Assembly (NCBI GenBank): GCA_001916775.1
Contig: MNTB01000030.1
Coordinates: forward strand, 120,901-184,900
Source: Firmicutes bacterium CAG:321_26_22
Lineage (GTDB): Bacteria; Bacillota_I; Bacilli_A; RF39; UBA660
DNA length: 64,000 nt
Reading direction: 5' to 3'
The number at the start of each line of letters is the position of its first letter. The stretch's first letter is position 1. Positions 1-10,875 of the stretch are shown in pieces. The notes beneath the pieces were generated by a model. It had not been told where the DNA came from. It saw only the letters and a program-made list of their open reading frames with translations, and did no database searches. A program made the position numbers and the translations under genes.

Positions 1-1
1 T

Positions 2-646
2 AAGGAACTTATTATTAGTTTATCTTTTATTTATGATATTGATGCTATTAAGATGACTAATATTGTTAAAGGAAGTCTTAATGAAAGAGGTACTATTAAT
101 AAAGAAACTCTTAGAAAGACCGCTAGAAACTTTTACCAATTTGATAATGGCGGTAATCTTCCTACAATTGTATCTAATTGTCAACCAGAGTATTTGAGAA
201 AACCAATTGGAGATACTTCAAAGAGGGCTAAAATGATATATACTTTTGAAACTATTTCTCCTAGAGAACTTCTTATTAGTAAGAATAAAGGTAATGAACC
301 TACTAAAAGAGATTTAAGATTAGTTGAAGATTTACTTCTTGATTATAATTTAAAACCTGGTGTTGTTAATGTTTTAATTGATTATGTTCTTAATATTAAT
401 GATAAAAAGCTTACAAGAGGATTAGTAGAAACAATGGCGGGTGAATGGCAAAGAAAAGGTATTGAAACAGTTGAAGATGCTATGAGTCTTTGTGAAAAAG
501 AACATAAGAAAAGAACTAAAAAAACTATTGAAGAGAAGAGAATTATTACTAAAACACCTGATTGGTTTGATAAAGAAATTGAAAAAGAAAAAATTAATGA
601 TGGTGAAGATAATCAATTAGAAGAACTTTTAAAGGAGTATAAATGA
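2..646 (+). CDS. dnaB: Replication initiation / membrane attachment protein with DnaD-type C-terminal domain (B. subtilis DnaB-like); 5' end lies outside the window
   Basis: The frame is open from nt 2, with no stop before the ATG at 53, so the window edge truncates the gene. DnaD/DnaB_2-like segment LLDYNLKPGVVNVLIDYVL...TRGLVETMAGEWQRKGIETVEDA. The stop overlaps the dnaI start (ATGATG at 643), as in the conserved dnaB-dnaI pair of Bacillota. Confidence 0.6.
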   Translation, partial: KELIISLSFIYDIDAIKMTNIVKGSLNERGTINKETLRKTARNFYQFDNGGNLPTIVSNCQPEYLRKPIGDTSKRAKMIYTFETISPRELLISKNKGNEPTKRDLRLVEDLLLDYNLKPGVVNVLIDYVLNINDKKLTRGLVETMAGEWQRKGIETVEDAMSLCEKEHKKRTKKTIEEKRIITKTPDWFDKEIEKEKINDGEDNQLEELLKEYK

Positions 647-1554
647 TGAAGGATACTAAGAATATTATTAATAAATATAGTTTTGATAGATATGAGTTAG
701 AGAGAAATTTTGATATTGAAATGGAAGATGAAAATTTTAAAAAGTTAGTTAGTAAACTTAAGTTATCTAAAGATGAACTTATTAAATATACTTCTAGAAT
801 TAAGGATGCTTCTTTAGAACTTAAAAATTGTGCTAATTGTAAAAATATTATGGAATGTAAGAATAATATATGTGGATATGTTTATTATCCTAGTGTACTT
901 CAAGATAATTTAGTTTTTTCTTATGTTCCCTGCAAATACAAGAAAAAGTTAGATAATGATACTAAATATCAAGATAATATTATTTCTTTTGATATGCCTA
1001 AGGAAATAGTTAATGCTTCAATGAAAAATATATATACTGATGATAAGAATAGACTAGAAACTATTAAATGGCTTACTATTTTTATTAAAAAAATTGAAAA
1101 TAATGAAAAAAGTAAGGGCTTATTCTTGACAGGTAACTTTGGATGTGGTAAAACATATGTAGTGGCTGCGGCCTTCAACGAACTTGCTAAGAAAGGTAAA
1201 AAGGTAGCTTGTCTATATTATCCAGAGTTTTTAAGAAGTCTTAAAGAAAGATTTTCTGATGACTATAGAGAAGTATTTGATAAAGTTAAGAAATGTGATC
1301 TTTTATTAATTGATGATATTGGAGCAGAGACTGTTACTAGCTGGAATAGAGACGAAGTACTTGGTACTATCTTACAATATCGTATGCAAGAATCATTACC
1401 AACATTTTTTACTTCTAATTTATCTTTAAAGGAATTGGAAGTACATCTTGCCGGTAATGATAGTGAAGGTAAAATTAAAGCAAGACGAATTATTGAAAGA
1501 ATTAAATATTTGACAGATAATATTACAATGATCGCAGAAAATAGAAGAAAGTGA
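643..1554 (+). CDS. dnaI: Primosomal helicase loader DnaI (AAA+)
   Basis: N-terminal Cys-rich zinc module (CANCKNIMECKNNICG), Walker A GNFGCGKTY, Walker B LLLIDDIG. Translationally coupled to the upstream DnaD-domain gene. Confidence 0.85.
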   Translation: MMKDTKNIINKYSFDRYELERNFDIEMEDENFKKLVSKLKLSKDELIKYTSRIKDASLELKNCANCKNIMECKNNICGYVYYPSVLQDNLVFSYVPCKYKKKLDNDTKYQDNIISFDMPKEIVNASMKNIYTDDKNRLETIKWLTIFIKKIENNEKSKGLFLTGNFGCGKTYVVAAAFNELAKKGKKVACLYYPEFLRSLKERFSDDYREVFDKVKKCDLLLIDDIGAETVTSWNRDEVLGTILQYRMQESLPTFFTSNLSLKELEVHLAGNDSEGKIKARRIIERIKYLTDNITMIAENRRK

Positions 1555-1859
1555 GGATAAAAATGGAAAACAATAGTAATGCATTTAAGTTTGATCCTAA
1601 TAAATTAGAGAAGTCTTTTACTGATAAAAATGGTACTTCGAAGATTGAAATGGAAAGTGATGGAGCATATCTTAATATGCCAGAGAATGTTACTCTTGCT
1701 AATAGACCTAAGACTAAAATTCTTACCAAAGAGATAAAGACTCCTAAAGAGGGAGCTAACATTGGTGTTGGTAGTAATGGATTTGCCGGTGTTATAACTC
1801 TTGCAGGTATTATTGCAATAGCAGGAGTAATTATTGCTTATTTAACACTTAGATATTAA
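1551..1859 (+). CDS. Hypothetical small protein with C-terminal transmembrane anchor
   Basis: 102-aa ORF overlapping the dnaI stop. Hydrophobic C-terminus GFAGVITLAGIIAIAGVIIAYL. No recognisable family. Confidence 0.45.
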   Translation: MRIKMENNSNAFKFDPNKLEKSFTDKNGTSKIEMESDGAYLNMPENVTLANRPKTKILTKEIKTPKEGANIGVGSNGFAGVITLAGIIAIAGVIIAYLTLRY

Positions 1860-1887
1860 TTAACTTATATATAAAGGAGGAGTAGTT

Positions 1888-4806
1888 ATGCTTTGTGCTT
1901 TAGAAGTTAAAACTTGTTATTCTATTTTGAGTAGTTTAAATAGAATTGATATTTTGACTAAAAAGGCTAAGGAGATGGGCTACTCCTCTTTAGCTATTAC
2001 AGATTTGAATAATATGTTTGGAGTATATGAATTCTATTTAGCTTGTCTTAATAATGATATTAAACCTATTATTGGTATGGAAGTTAAAACTAATCAAGAT
2101 AATTTTATTTTAATTGCTAAGAATAATAATGGTTATAGAAATCTTATTAAAATAGCTACAATTATATCTGATAGAGAAATTACTTTTGATGATTTGAAGA
2201 CATATTCTAAAGATATTATTTTAATTATACCTTATAGTTCTTATAATGAAAAGATTACTAATTTTTTTGATGAATATTATATAGGATATACCTCTGTAGA
2301 AGAAAGAGATAAAGTTAAAGATAAGGGAGTTCTTATTACAGATATTTCTTATATTGAAAAGAATGACTATAAGTACTTAGATTATTTATTGATGATCAAA
2401 GATGATAAGAAATTAGGAGAGATGGAACTTAATACTTATACTGGGAAACATTTACTTGATAAAGAAGAATTTAATAATCTTACTAATGATATTGTTAGAA
2501 GTAATATGAAATATATTTGTGATGAATGTAATGTTACTTTTGAGAAAAGAGATGGATTATTACCTATATATAATAAAGATGTTGATTCTTTTGAATATTT
2601 GAATAGTTTGTGTAATAAAGGTCTTAATAAAAGACTCTCAGGTAATATTTCTAAAGAATATCAAGATAGACTTAATTATGAACTTGATGTTATTAATAAG
2701 ATGGGCTTCTGTGACTACTTCTTAGTAGTATGGGATTATGTTAAATATGCCAAGTTTAATAATATATTAGTAGGTCCTGGTAGAGGTAGTGCAGCTGGTA
2801 GTTTAGTTAGTTATTGTCTTGGTATTACAGATGTTGATCCTATTAAATATGATTTGTTATTTGAAAGATTTTTAAATCCTGAAAGAGTAACTATGCCCGA
2901 TATTGATATTGACTTTGATAGTGAAAAAAGGGGATTAGTAACAGATTATGTTATGAATAAATATGGTGAGAAAAGAGCAATTGGTATTATTACTTTTAAT
3001 ACATTAGGAGCTAAACAAGTTATAAGAGATGTTGGCAGAGTACTTAATATTTCACTTCCTATTATTGACGAAATTGCTAAGGCTATTACTACTAAAAACC
3101 TTAAAGATAGTTATATAGTAGGTAGTAAGTTTCATAGACTTATTAATTCTAATCCTGATTATATAAAATTATATAATGCTTCGGTTAAACTAGAGGGACT
3201 TCCTAGACATATATCAGTTCATGCTGCTGGGGTTGTTATGAGTAATATAGATATCGATGAAGTTATTCCTTTATATAAGAATCCTTTAGGTATGTATGTA
3301 TCAGCCTTCTCAAAGGATTATTTGGAGCCATTAGGACTATTAAAAATGGACTTTTTAGGACTTGATAATTTAACTTTAATTAGTAATGTTATTGAAGAAA
3401 TTAGAAAAAATGAAGGTATTAATATTAGTTTTGAAAAGATTCCTCTTGATGATAAGAAGACACTAAAAGTATTTAGAGATGTTGATACTGATGGTATATT
3501 TCAATTTGAATCTGTTGGTATGAAGAGATTTCTATCTAAACTTAAAGTTAATTCATTTGATGATATTGCTACGGCTTTAGCATTATATAGACCAGGACCT
3601 ATGGATAATATTGATTTATTTATTGCTAGAAGAGAAGGCAGAGAGAGGGTTGATTATATTCATCCTGACTTAGAAGATATTCTTAAACCTACTTATGGTA
3701 TTATTATTTATCAGGAGCAAATTATGCAAATAGTTAGAAAGATGGCTAGTTATTCTTATGGTGAGGCTGATATTTTAAGAAGAGCAATGTCAAAGAAAAA
3801 AGAAAGTATTATTTTAGCAGAAAAGCCTAAGTTTATTAAGGGATGTCTAGATAATGGATATGATGAAAGGACCGCTACTGAGGTGTATGACTTGATTTTA
3901 AAGTTTGCTAATTATGGTTTTAATAAATCACACTCTGTTTCTTATGCTATTACTGCTTATAAGATGGCTTTTATTAAAACATATTTCCTTAAGTACTTTA
4001 TCGCAGGAATCTTAACTAATTCTATTGGTAATACTAGTAAAATTAATATTTATGTTAATAGAGCAAGAAAATCCTTAATTAAAATTCTTCCTCCAGATAT
4101 TAATGAAAGTAGTAATAAATTTTATGCTGGTAAGGATGGTATTAGATGTCCTTTATCTATTATTAATGGCGTTGGTACTTCTATTTCTAATGATATCATT
4201 AGTGAAAGAGAAAATGGTAAGTTTACTGATCCTATTGATTTTATTGTAAGAATGTCGAATAAAGGTATTAATAAAAAGACTATTTCTAGTCTTATATATG
4301 CAAGAGCAATTAATTTTGGATATAATAAAAATACTCTTATACAAAATTTAGATACTATTTTAAATTATGCGGATATTGCTAAAGATGCTGGAATGATTGA
4401 AACTTTAAAACCAGAAATTATTTTATATGATGAATATGATAAGAATGAACTTATTTCTTTAGAACTTAAAACTATTGGTTTTTATCTTACTGAACATCCT
4501 GCTTCTAAATATAGAGATGATAGTATTATTGTTAATACTTCTAATATTAGTGATTTCTTTGATAAGAGAATTTTTATGATTGTTATGATTAGTAGACTTA
4601 AGGAGACTACTACTAAGAATAATGATGTTATGGCTTTTATTGTAGGTAGTGATGAATTTGGAGAAGTTGATCTTACTTGTTTTCCAGATGTTTATAAGAA
4701 ATTTAATAATATTAAAGTTGGTAATATTATTAAGATTTTTGGTAAAGTAGAAAAAAGATATGATAAATATCAAGTTATTATAAATAATATTAGTATATTG
4801 GAGTGA
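1888..4806 (+). CDS. dnaE: DNA polymerase III alpha subunit DnaE
   Basis: 972 aa. AAGGAGG RBS before the ATG. N-terminal PHP domain, the conserved GPGRGSAAGSLVSYCLGITDVDP and PDIDIDF motifs, and a C-terminal OB fold region. Confidence 0.95.
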   Translation: MLCALEVKTCYSILSSLNRIDILTKKAKEMGYSSLAITDLNNMFGVYEFYLACLNNDIKPIIGMEVKTNQDNFILIAKNNNGYRNLIKIATIISDREITFDDLKTYSKDIILIIPYSSYNEKITNFFDEYYIGYTSVEERDKVKDKGVLITDISYIEKNDYKYLDYLLMIKDDKKLGEMELNTYTGKHLLDKEEFNNLTNDIVRSNMKYICDECNVTFEKRDGLLPIYNKDVDSFEYLNSLCNKGLNKRLSGNISKEYQDRLNYELDVINKMGFCDYFLVVWDYVKYAKFNNILVGPGRGSAAGSLVSYCLGITDVDPIKYDLLFERFLNPERVTMPDIDIDFDSEKRGLVTDYVMNKYGEKRAIGIITFNTLGAKQVIRDVGRVLNISLPIIDEIAKAITTKNLKDSYIVGSKFHRLINSNPDYIKLYNASVKLEGLPRHISVHAAGVVMSNIDIDEVIPLYKNPLGMYVSAFSKDYLEPLGLLKMDFLGLDNLTLISNVIEEIRKNEGINISFEKIPLDDKKTLKVFRDVDTDGIFQFESVGMKRFLSKLKVNSFDDIATALALYRPGPMDNIDLFIARREGRERVDYIHPDLEDILKPTYGIIIYQEQIMQIVRKMASYSYGEADILRRAMSKKKESIILAEKPKFIKGCLDNGYDERTATEVYDLILKFANYGFNKSHSVSYAITAYKMAFIKTYFLKYFIAGILTNSIGNTSKINIYVNRARKSLIKILPPDINESSNKFYAGKDGIRCPLSIINGVGTSISNDIISERENGKFTDPIDFIVRMSNKGINKKTISSLIYARAINFGYNKNTLIQNLDTILNYADIAKDAGMIETLKPEIILYDEYDKNELISLELKTIGFYLTEHPASKYRDDSIIVNTSNISDFFDKRIFMIVMISRLKETTTKNNDVMAFIVGSDEFGEVDLTCFPDVYKKFNNIKVGNIIKIFGKVEKRYDKYQVIINNISILE

Positions 4807-4810
4807 TGTT

Positions 4811-5362
4811 ATGAAAAAAGGTAAATTTGTTATTATTTCTGGTCCTTCAGGAGTAGGAAAAGATACTATTTGTGATGAGTTAGTTAAAAAAGGAGTGGGC
4901 AGATATTCTGTATCTATGACTACTAGAAAGAAAAGATCTAATGAAATAGAAGGTATTAGTTATTTCTTTGTAAGTAAAGAAGAATTTAAAAGACATATTG
5001 AAGAAGATTATTTTCTAGAATATGCTATGTATAATGGTAATTATTATGGTACTCCTAATGAATTTATTAAAGAGACTACGAATAATGGGGATAATGTTAT
5101 TGCAGTACTAGAAATGAATGGGGCTATTAACGCTAAGAAGATTTTTAGTAATGCTATTACTATATTTATTATGCCTCCTTCTTTTGATGAATTAGAAAGA
5201 AGACTTAGGGGTAGAAAATCTGAAGATGATAATATTATTAGTGAGAGACTTAATATTGCTAAAGAAGAAATTAAATGTAAGGATAAATATGATTATATAG
5301 TTATCAACAATACTGTTGATGAGGCTGTTTTAGAAATTAAAAATATTATTAATAATTGTTAG
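4811..5362 (+). CDS. gmk: Guanylate kinase
   Basis: P-loop GPSGVGKDT, TTRKKRSNEIEGISYFFVS and RLRGR motifs, typical length (183 aa). Confidence 0.9.
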   Translation: MKKGKFVIISGPSGVGKDTICDELVKKGVGRYSVSMTTRKKRSNEIEGISYFFVSKEEFKRHIEEDYFLEYAMYNGNYYGTPNEFIKETTNNGDNVIAVLEMNGAINAKKIFSNAITIFIMPPSFDELERRLRGRKSEDDNIISERLNIAKEEIKCKDKYDYIVINNTVDEAVLEIKNIINNC

Positions 5363-5363
5363 T

Positions 5364-5386
5364 TTATCAACAGATACTGTGGATAA
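5364..5386. repeat. DnaA-box-like inverted repeat TTATCAACA-gatac-TGTGGATAA (palindrome family PAL-D)
   Basis: Read directly. The right arm is a perfect DnaA box (complement of TTATCCACA). It starts 2 nt after the gmk stop. Confidence 0.7.
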
Positions 5387-5402
5387 GTGGTAATTATATA
5401 AC

Positions 5403-5432
5403 AAAAACTCAAGAAATTAATCTTGAGTTTTA
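5403..5432. terminator. Bidirectional intrinsic terminator between convergent genes
   Basis: aaaactcaaga-aattaa-tcttgagtttt: an 11-bp stem with an A-run on one side and a T-run on the other. Confidence 0.7.
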
Positions 5433-5437
5433 CTATT

Positions 5438-5803
5438 TTATCTTCCTTTTCCTACGTTACCAAAGTTATAACCCTCTTCTTGCATTCTTTTATCAACAAA
5501 TTCTTCCCAATTTGCATAGTCTGACTTGATAGGATCTCCTGTAAGATCTGCCCTTTTCTTAGCCTCGTTATAATAATTGTAAAATTCTAAATAACTTTGT
5601 ACCATTAATTCTAAAGCATATGGATCATCTAATTCAGCCTTTAAATACTTATCATACATTTTATTGAATAATTGTTTATCTATGATATCATTATTTCTAG
5701 TTTCTACTACTAGACGATTATAATAGAATTCTCTTTCTTTTAAATCATCATGTGATAAACCTTCATCAGGAATAACGGCTTTATTTTTCTTCCTCCAGTT
5801 CAA
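5438..5803 (-). CDS. Hypothetical protein (121 aa)
   Basis: ORF only. It apparently starts at TTG with no clear RBS. No recognisable motifs. Confidence 0.4.
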   Translation of the reverse strand: MNWRKKNKAVIPDEGLSHDDLKEREFYYNRLVVETRNNDIIDKQLFNKMYDKYLKAELDDPYALELMVQSYLEFYNYYNEAKKRADLTGDPIKSDYANWEEFVDKRMQEEGYNFGNVGKGR

Positions 5804-5858
5804 TTTCTATATTAATTGTCTCATACCTAAATTGATATTTCAATATTAATTTTAGATG

Positions 5859-5886
5859 TTTACATTTTCTTTATTTTTGATATAAT
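5859..5886 (+). promoter_or_regulatory. Sigma-A type promoter with extended -10
   Basis: TTTACA (5859-5864), a 16-nt spacer, then TGATATAAT (5878-5886). This places the transcript start near 5893. Confidence 0.5.
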
Positions 5887-5958
5887 TATATTATAAGTAT
5901 GCATATAATATATATATTTTTTTATTCTTTTAAACATAAAATTGGGAGGAAATATGAT

Positions 5959-6669
5959 ATGATAAATGATGACTGTTATAAGTTTTTAAAACTAGATATT
6001 GTTAGTGATACAGATAATATGATTAGTGTTTACTCTTTATACAAATTATTAAATGAATACTTTGAAGATTTTAGAATATTAAGATATGGTAATGATAAAA
6101 TGATTAATAGTATGAATAATGAATATACTTTTGTAGATAGAATTAAAAATAACATGATAAATCCTTGGTTTAGAAAAATCTTTATTTCAGAATTTAATGA
6201 TAATTTTATTAAGATGGTTATTATAGTTAATCCAATATATAGAAGAAAAGAATTTTCTACTAATAATATTTATTATTATATAATAAAGGATAGAAATAGT
6301 GGTAATATTTACTTTGAGAATAATGTACTAAAAAATAGGGTATTTGATAAATTTTATCAAGAAATTATAAATATATTTTCTTTAGCTGAAATTTATACTG
6401 ATATTTTTATGCTTGATAAAAGAGATTTTCCTATATATCATCAGACATTTGACTTAGATAATGTTGGCGCCAGTGTTGATTATAATAATTTTGGTAATGT
6501 CTCTTCTTATATTATATATGATGGTAAAATATGTAGTAATAATGAAATTAAAGATATTAAAAATGATATCTTAAAAAGAATTCCTGTATATACAGATAAT
6601 CTTGATGTTATAAGTAGTTATATTGTTAATGAACAAAGAAAAGCTAAAATTAGAAAAAAAGAATATTAA
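5959..6669 (+). CDS. Hypothetical protein (236 aa from the ATG at 5959)
   Basis: GGGAGGA RBS at 5944-5950, 8 nt before the ATG at 5959. The ORF-track start at 5899 lies too close to the predicted promoter. No recognisable family. Confidence 0.5.
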   Translation: MINDDCYKFLKLDIVSDTDNMISVYSLYKLLNEYFEDFRILRYGNDKMINSMNNEYTFVDRIKNNMINPWFRKIFISEFNDNFIKMVIIVNPIYRRKEFSTNNIYYYIIKDRNSGNIYFENNVLKNRVFDKFYQEIINIFSLAEIYTDIFMLDKRDFPIYHQTFDLDNVGASVDYNNFGNVSSYIIYDGKICSNNEIKDIKNDILKRIPVYTDNLDVISSYIVNEQRKAKIRKKEY

Positions 6670-6720
6670 AGTAGAGACAATGTGGCTCTACTTTCTTTCT
6701 GAAGACTTATGGCTTCAGAA
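6669..6720. repeat. Two tandem hairpins of the AGAC...GGCT family (HP-AG); the first probably terminates the upstream gene
   Basis: aagtagAGACaatgtGGCTctactt and ttctgaAGACttatGGCTtcagaa, read directly. Confidence 0.7.
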
Positions 6721-6821
6721 ACAACGAACAACGAAGTGTGAGATGCCTAAATAAATTAGATATTTTACTTGAAAATTATATGATTTTATTATATACTTAT
6801 ATTAACCAAAGGAGGTATTTT

Positions 6822-7580
6822 ATGAAAAGTAGTAGAATTATGAAAATATTTGAACAATATGTCAGAAAATATGATATGAATAATATAGATATTAAAGCTA
6901 GATATTTTCATTCACTGAAAGTTATGGAACTTGCAAGAGAACTAGCTACTGGTTTGGGTATTTTTTCTGAGGAAGAAGTAGCCGTCTGTGAACTTATTGG
7001 TCTATTTCATGAGATAGGTAACTTTTCTAAAACTCCTAATTATCAAATGGATGATGATATTAATGATAGTTATAATAGAACTATTGATGTTTTATTTAAT
7101 AAAAAGTTAATTAGAGAAATTAGTAAAGAAACTAAGTATGATACAGTTATTAAAATGGCTATCTTTGCTTATGATAAAAATGGATTCCCTGCTGATATTG
7201 ATGAGAAAGGTAGACATATGTGTGCTATTATAAAAGATGCTCATAATTTAGATTCTTTTAGATTATTTGTTAATTATCCATATGTAGATACAGTAATCAA
7301 AAGTTATCCTAGTAGTCTCGTGTATGATGACTTTAAAAGTTTTAAGACTATTAGTTCTAAAGTAAGTGATAATGCTAGTGATGAAGTATTAGTTACTTTA
7401 TCGAAGATGTATTCATTTAATTATAAATATTCTTATTATTTATTAAAACAAAATGATTATGTTAATAAGATATTTAATTTTTTAAATTTTGATAATAGTG
7501 AATTAGAGGGGTTCTTTAAACAACTTATGGTTGTTCTTAATAATTATATCGATAAAAGGATAGGTGTTGTAAATGCTTGA
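6822..7580 (+). CDS. HD-superfamily-like domain protein
   Basis: AAGGAGG RBS before the ATG at 6822. [14 protein letters not shown] ... LIGLFHEIG pattern typical of HD-domain phosphohydrolases. The stop overlaps the valS start. Confidence 0.55.
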   Translation: MKSSRIMKIFEQYVRKYDMNNIDIKARYFHSLKVMELARELATGLGIFSEEEVAVCELIGLFHEIGNFSKTPNYQMDDDINDSYNRTIDVLFNKKLIREISKETKYDTVIKMAIFAYDKNGFPADIDEKGRHMCAIIKDAHNLDSFRLFVNYPYVDTVIKSYPSSLVYDDFKSFKTISSKVSDNASDEVLVTLSKMYSFNYKYSYYLLKQNDYVNKIFNFLNFDNSELEGFFKQLMVVLNNYIDKRIGVVNA

Positions 7581-10107
7581 TAAAAAATATGACCACTTGA
7601 TGGTTGAAAAAGATAAATATGATAATTGGAAGAAAAAGGGGTATTTTAAATCTGGTGATTTAAGTAAGGAACCATACTGTATAGTTATTCCTCCTCCTAA
7701 TGTAACGGGTAAATTACATTTAGGTCATGCTTGGGATACTTCAATTCAAGATATTATTATTAGATATAAGAGAATGCAAGGGTTTGATACTTTATGGCTT
7801 CCAGGTATGGATCATGCTGGTATTGCTACGCAGGCTAAGGTAGATAAAAAACTTAAGAGTGAAGGTATTAATCCTAGAAGTATGTCTCGTGAAGAGTGGC
7901 TTAAGGTTGCTTGGTCTTGGAAAGAAGAATATGCTGAAAATATTCATAGTCAGTGGGCTAAACTTGGTTTATCTCTTGATTATGATAAGGAAAGATTTAC
8001 TTTAGATGATGGTTTATCTCATGCTGTTAGAAAGGTATTTGTTGATTTATATAACAAAGGTCTTATCTATAGAGGTGAGAGAATTATTAATTGGGATCCT
8101 GCAGCGATGACTGCTCTAAGTAATGAAGAGGTTATTTATAAAGATGTTGAAGGAGCCTTCTACCACATTAAATATATGATTGAAGGTACTGATGAGTATC
8201 TAGAGGTTGCTACGACTAGACCAGAGACTTTATTTGGTGATACTGCAGTTGCAGTTAATCCAGATGATGATAGGTATAAGAAATATATTGGTAAGAATGT
8301 TATGCTTCCAATAGTTAATAAACTTATTCCTATTATTGGTGATGAACACGCTGATATGGAGTTTGGTACTGGTGTTGTTAAGATTACTCCTGCTCATGAC
8401 CCTAATGACTTTGAAGTAGGTAATAGACATAATCTAGAGAGAATTGTCGTTATGAATCCTAATGGTACAATGAACGAGAATGCTGGTAAATATAATGGTA
8501 TGGATAGATTTGAATGTAGAGATGCTGTTATTAAGGACTTAGATAGTGAAGGACTTCTTATTAAGATTGAACCTATTAATCATAACGTTGGTTTTTCTGA
8601 GAGAAGCGATGTTATGGTTGAACCTTATCTTTCTAAACAATGGTTTGTTAAGATGAGACCACTAGCAGATAGAGTTCTTGAAAACCAAAAGGATAAAGAT
8701 AAGAAAGTTAACTTTGTTCCTCCTAGATATGAAAAGACTATGAATCACTGGATGGAGATCACATATGATTGGTGTATCTCTAGACAATTATGGTGGGGTC
8801 ACAGAATACCTGCTTGGTATAAAGGTGAGGAAGTTTATGTTGGTATGGAAGAACCTAAAGGTGATGGTTGGGTACAGGATAATGATGTACTTGATACTTG
8901 GTTTTCTTCAGCACTATGGCCTTTTAGTACTTTAGGATGGCCTGATAATACTGACTTACTTAAGAGATATTATCCTAATAATGTACTAGTTACTGGTTAT
9001 GATATTATTCCTTTCTGGGTTAATAGAATGACTTTTCAAGGACTTGAGTTCTTAAATGAAAGACCTTTTAAAGATTGTTTAATTCATGGTCTTATTAGAG
9101 ATAAAAAAGGTAGAAAGATGAGTAAGAGTCTAGGTAATGGTATTGACCCTATGGATGTTATTGATATGTATGGTGCTGACTCTTTAAGATTCTTCTTAAC
9201 TACAAATACCGCTCCTGGTATGGATTTAAGATATGATGAAGAAAAAGTTAAATCAACTTGGAACTTTATTAATAAGATTTGGAATGCTTCAAGATTTGTT
9301 TTAATGAAACTAGAAGACTTTAAAGAGGAAGATTATACTCTTGATAATTTAAAAGAAGAAGATAAGTGGATTTTAAATAGATTAAATACTACGATTAAAG
9401 ATGTTACTAAAAATATGGATAAATATGATTTTCATATTGTAGGTAATACACTATATGATTTTGTATGGGGAGACTTCTGTGACAAGTATATTGAGTTATC
9501 TAAGTTCTATAATGATAATACTACGAAGAGTGTACTTATTAGAGTTCTTACAGATATTCTGAAGATGCTTCATCCTTTTATGCCTTATGTTACTGAAGAA
9601 ATATATGGTATGATGCCTATTAAAGAAGCAGAATCTATTATGATTAGTAATTATCCTGTATATAATAAGAAAGAGGTATTTACCACTAATATTGATAATG
9701 TACTTGAATTTATTACAATGTTTAGAAATAAAAAGGCTGAACTTGGTAATATTGGAGAGTATAAGGTATATATTGATATTGATGACGAGACTTCTAAAGA
9801 CATTATTATTAATATGCTAAAATTAAGTGATAAGATTTCTTTAGAAGATGGTAATGGTATAAAAATAGAATATGCTGGTATGAAGGCTTCTATTATATAT
9901 GATAATAGTAAGAGTTTAGAAGAAGAAAAAGAAAAACTTCTTAAAGAAAAAGAAAGTCTAGAGGCTTCAATTGCAAGAAGAGAGAAACTTCTTAGTAATA
10001 GTAATTATGTTGAGAAGGCTCCTAAAGCAATTGTTGATAAAGATAGAGAAGCTCTTCTTAAAGAAAAAGAAATGTTAGATATTATTTTAAATAAAATTAA
10101 TGGTTAG
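7573..10107 (+). CDS. valS: Valyl-tRNA synthetase
   Basis: [15 protein letters not shown] (HIGH region), KMSKSLGN, class Ia editing domain, and the C-terminal coiled coil typical of ValRS. 844 aa. Confidence 0.95.
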   Translation: MLDKKYDHLMVEKDKYDNWKKKGYFKSGDLSKEPYCIVIPPPNVTGKLHLGHAWDTSIQDIIIRYKRMQGFDTLWLPGMDHAGIATQAKVDKKLKSEGINPRSMSREEWLKVAWSWKEEYAENIHSQWAKLGLSLDYDKERFTLDDGLSHAVRKVFVDLYNKGLIYRGERIINWDPAAMTALSNEEVIYKDVEGAFYHIKYMIEGTDEYLEVATTRPETLFGDTAVAVNPDDDRYKKYIGKNVMLPIVNKLIPIIGDEHADMEFGTGVVKITPAHDPNDFEVGNRHNLERIVVMNPNGTMNENAGKYNGMDRFECRDAVIKDLDSEGLLIKIEPINHNVGFSERSDVMVEPYLSKQWFVKMRPLADRVLENQKDKDKKVNFVPPRYEKTMNHWMEITYDWCISRQLWWGHRIPAWYKGEEVYVGMEEPKGDGWVQDNDVLDTWFSSALWPFSTLGWPDNTDLLKRYYPNNVLVTGYDIIPFWVNRMTFQGLEFLNERPFKDCLIHGLIRDKKGRKMSKSLGNGIDPMDVIDMYGADSLRFFLTTNTAPGMDLRYDEEKVKSTWNFINKIWNASRFVLMKLEDFKEEDYTLDNLKEEDKWILNRLNTTIKDVTKNMDKYDFHIVGNTLYDFVWGDFCDKYIELSKFYNDNTTKSVLIRVLTDILKMLHPFMPYVTEEIYGMMPIKEAESIMISNYPVYNKKEVFTTNIDNVLEFITMFRNKKAELGNIGEYKVYIDIDDETSKDIIINMLKLSDKISLEDGNGIKIEYAGMKASIIYDNSKSLEEEKEKLLKEKESLEASIARREKLLSNSNYVEKAPKAIVDKDREALLKEKEMLDIILNKING

Positions 10108-10130
10108 TTTATAAAAAGGAGGTTATATTT

Positions 10131-10466
10131 ATGGCTAAGTATTGTGCAAATTGTGGAAAGGAATTAACTGATGAACAAGATATTTGTTTAAATTGTGGTG
10201 TTAGAGTTAAAAAGAGTACTACTTCAAGTGATCCTAATGCTAAATCTAAACTTGCTGCTGGGTTATTTGGTATTTTCTTAGGTGCCTTTGGTGTTCATAA
10301 CTTTTACCTTGGTTTTACTGGTAAAGCAGTTGCTCAACTTTTAATCACTGTTTTATCTTGTGGTATCTTAAGTCCTGTGTCCGCTATATGGGGACTTATT
10401 GAAGGTATTATGATTCTTTCTAGTAATGACTATAAAGATGCTGATGGTAATACTTTAAGAGACTAA
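10131..10466 (+). CDS. Zinc-ribbon plus TM2-domain membrane protein
   Basis: N-terminal CANCG...CLNCG ribbon, then GLFGIFLGAFGVHNFYLGFTGKAVAQLL, which matches the TM2 domain signature. Confidence 0.75.
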   Translation: MAKYCANCGKELTDEQDICLNCGVRVKKSTTSSDPNAKSKLAAGLFGIFLGAFGVHNFYLGFTGKAVAQLLITVLSCGILSPVSAIWGLIEGIMILSSNDYKDADGNTLRD

Positions 10467-10837
10467 TGAAAAAAAGAATTATTAATTTAATTATTTTGCT
10501 TTCTGGTACTTTATTTATTTTTATAATAGTTACTGGGAAGGTTAATGTGGAATGTCTTTTTAAGAAGATATTCCATATTTCTTGTCCTGGATGTGGTTTA
10601 ACTAGATCTTTTAGGTCTATTCTTAATTTAGATTTTATTAATGCTTTTAAATATAACATTCTTGGTATACCTTTATTTATTTTATGTATTATTTATATTA
10701 TTCTCTTAATTAGAGATGTTATAATAGGTAGTGATAAAGGTAATAAGTTAGTACTTTATATTTTTAGTAAATACTATATACTTATTATTTGTTTATTTAT
10801 TATTTCTATGATCATTAATAATATTAATGGTATATAA
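10466..10837 (+). CDS. DUF2752-family membrane protein
   Basis: CPGCGLTRSF motif followed by TM helices. ATGA overlap with the TM2 gene, a commonly co-occurring pair. Confidence 0.7.
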   Translation: MKKRIINLIILLSGTLFIFIIVTGKVNVECLFKKIFHISCPGCGLTRSFRSILNLDFINAFKYNILGIPLFILCIIYIILLIRDVIIGSDKGNKLVLYIFSKYYILIICLFIISMIINNINGI

Positions 10838-10875
10838 TTATTTTTACACTTCATACTAATTATGAGGTGTTTTTT

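Noticed and set aside
6719-6745. Tail after the 6697 hairpin (aacaacgaacaacgaagtgtgag) as a member of the ATAGTGAG...CGAAC tail family
   Set aside because: It contains similar words (cgaac, gtgag) but in the opposite order and orientation. The similarity is too weak to call without an alignment statistic.
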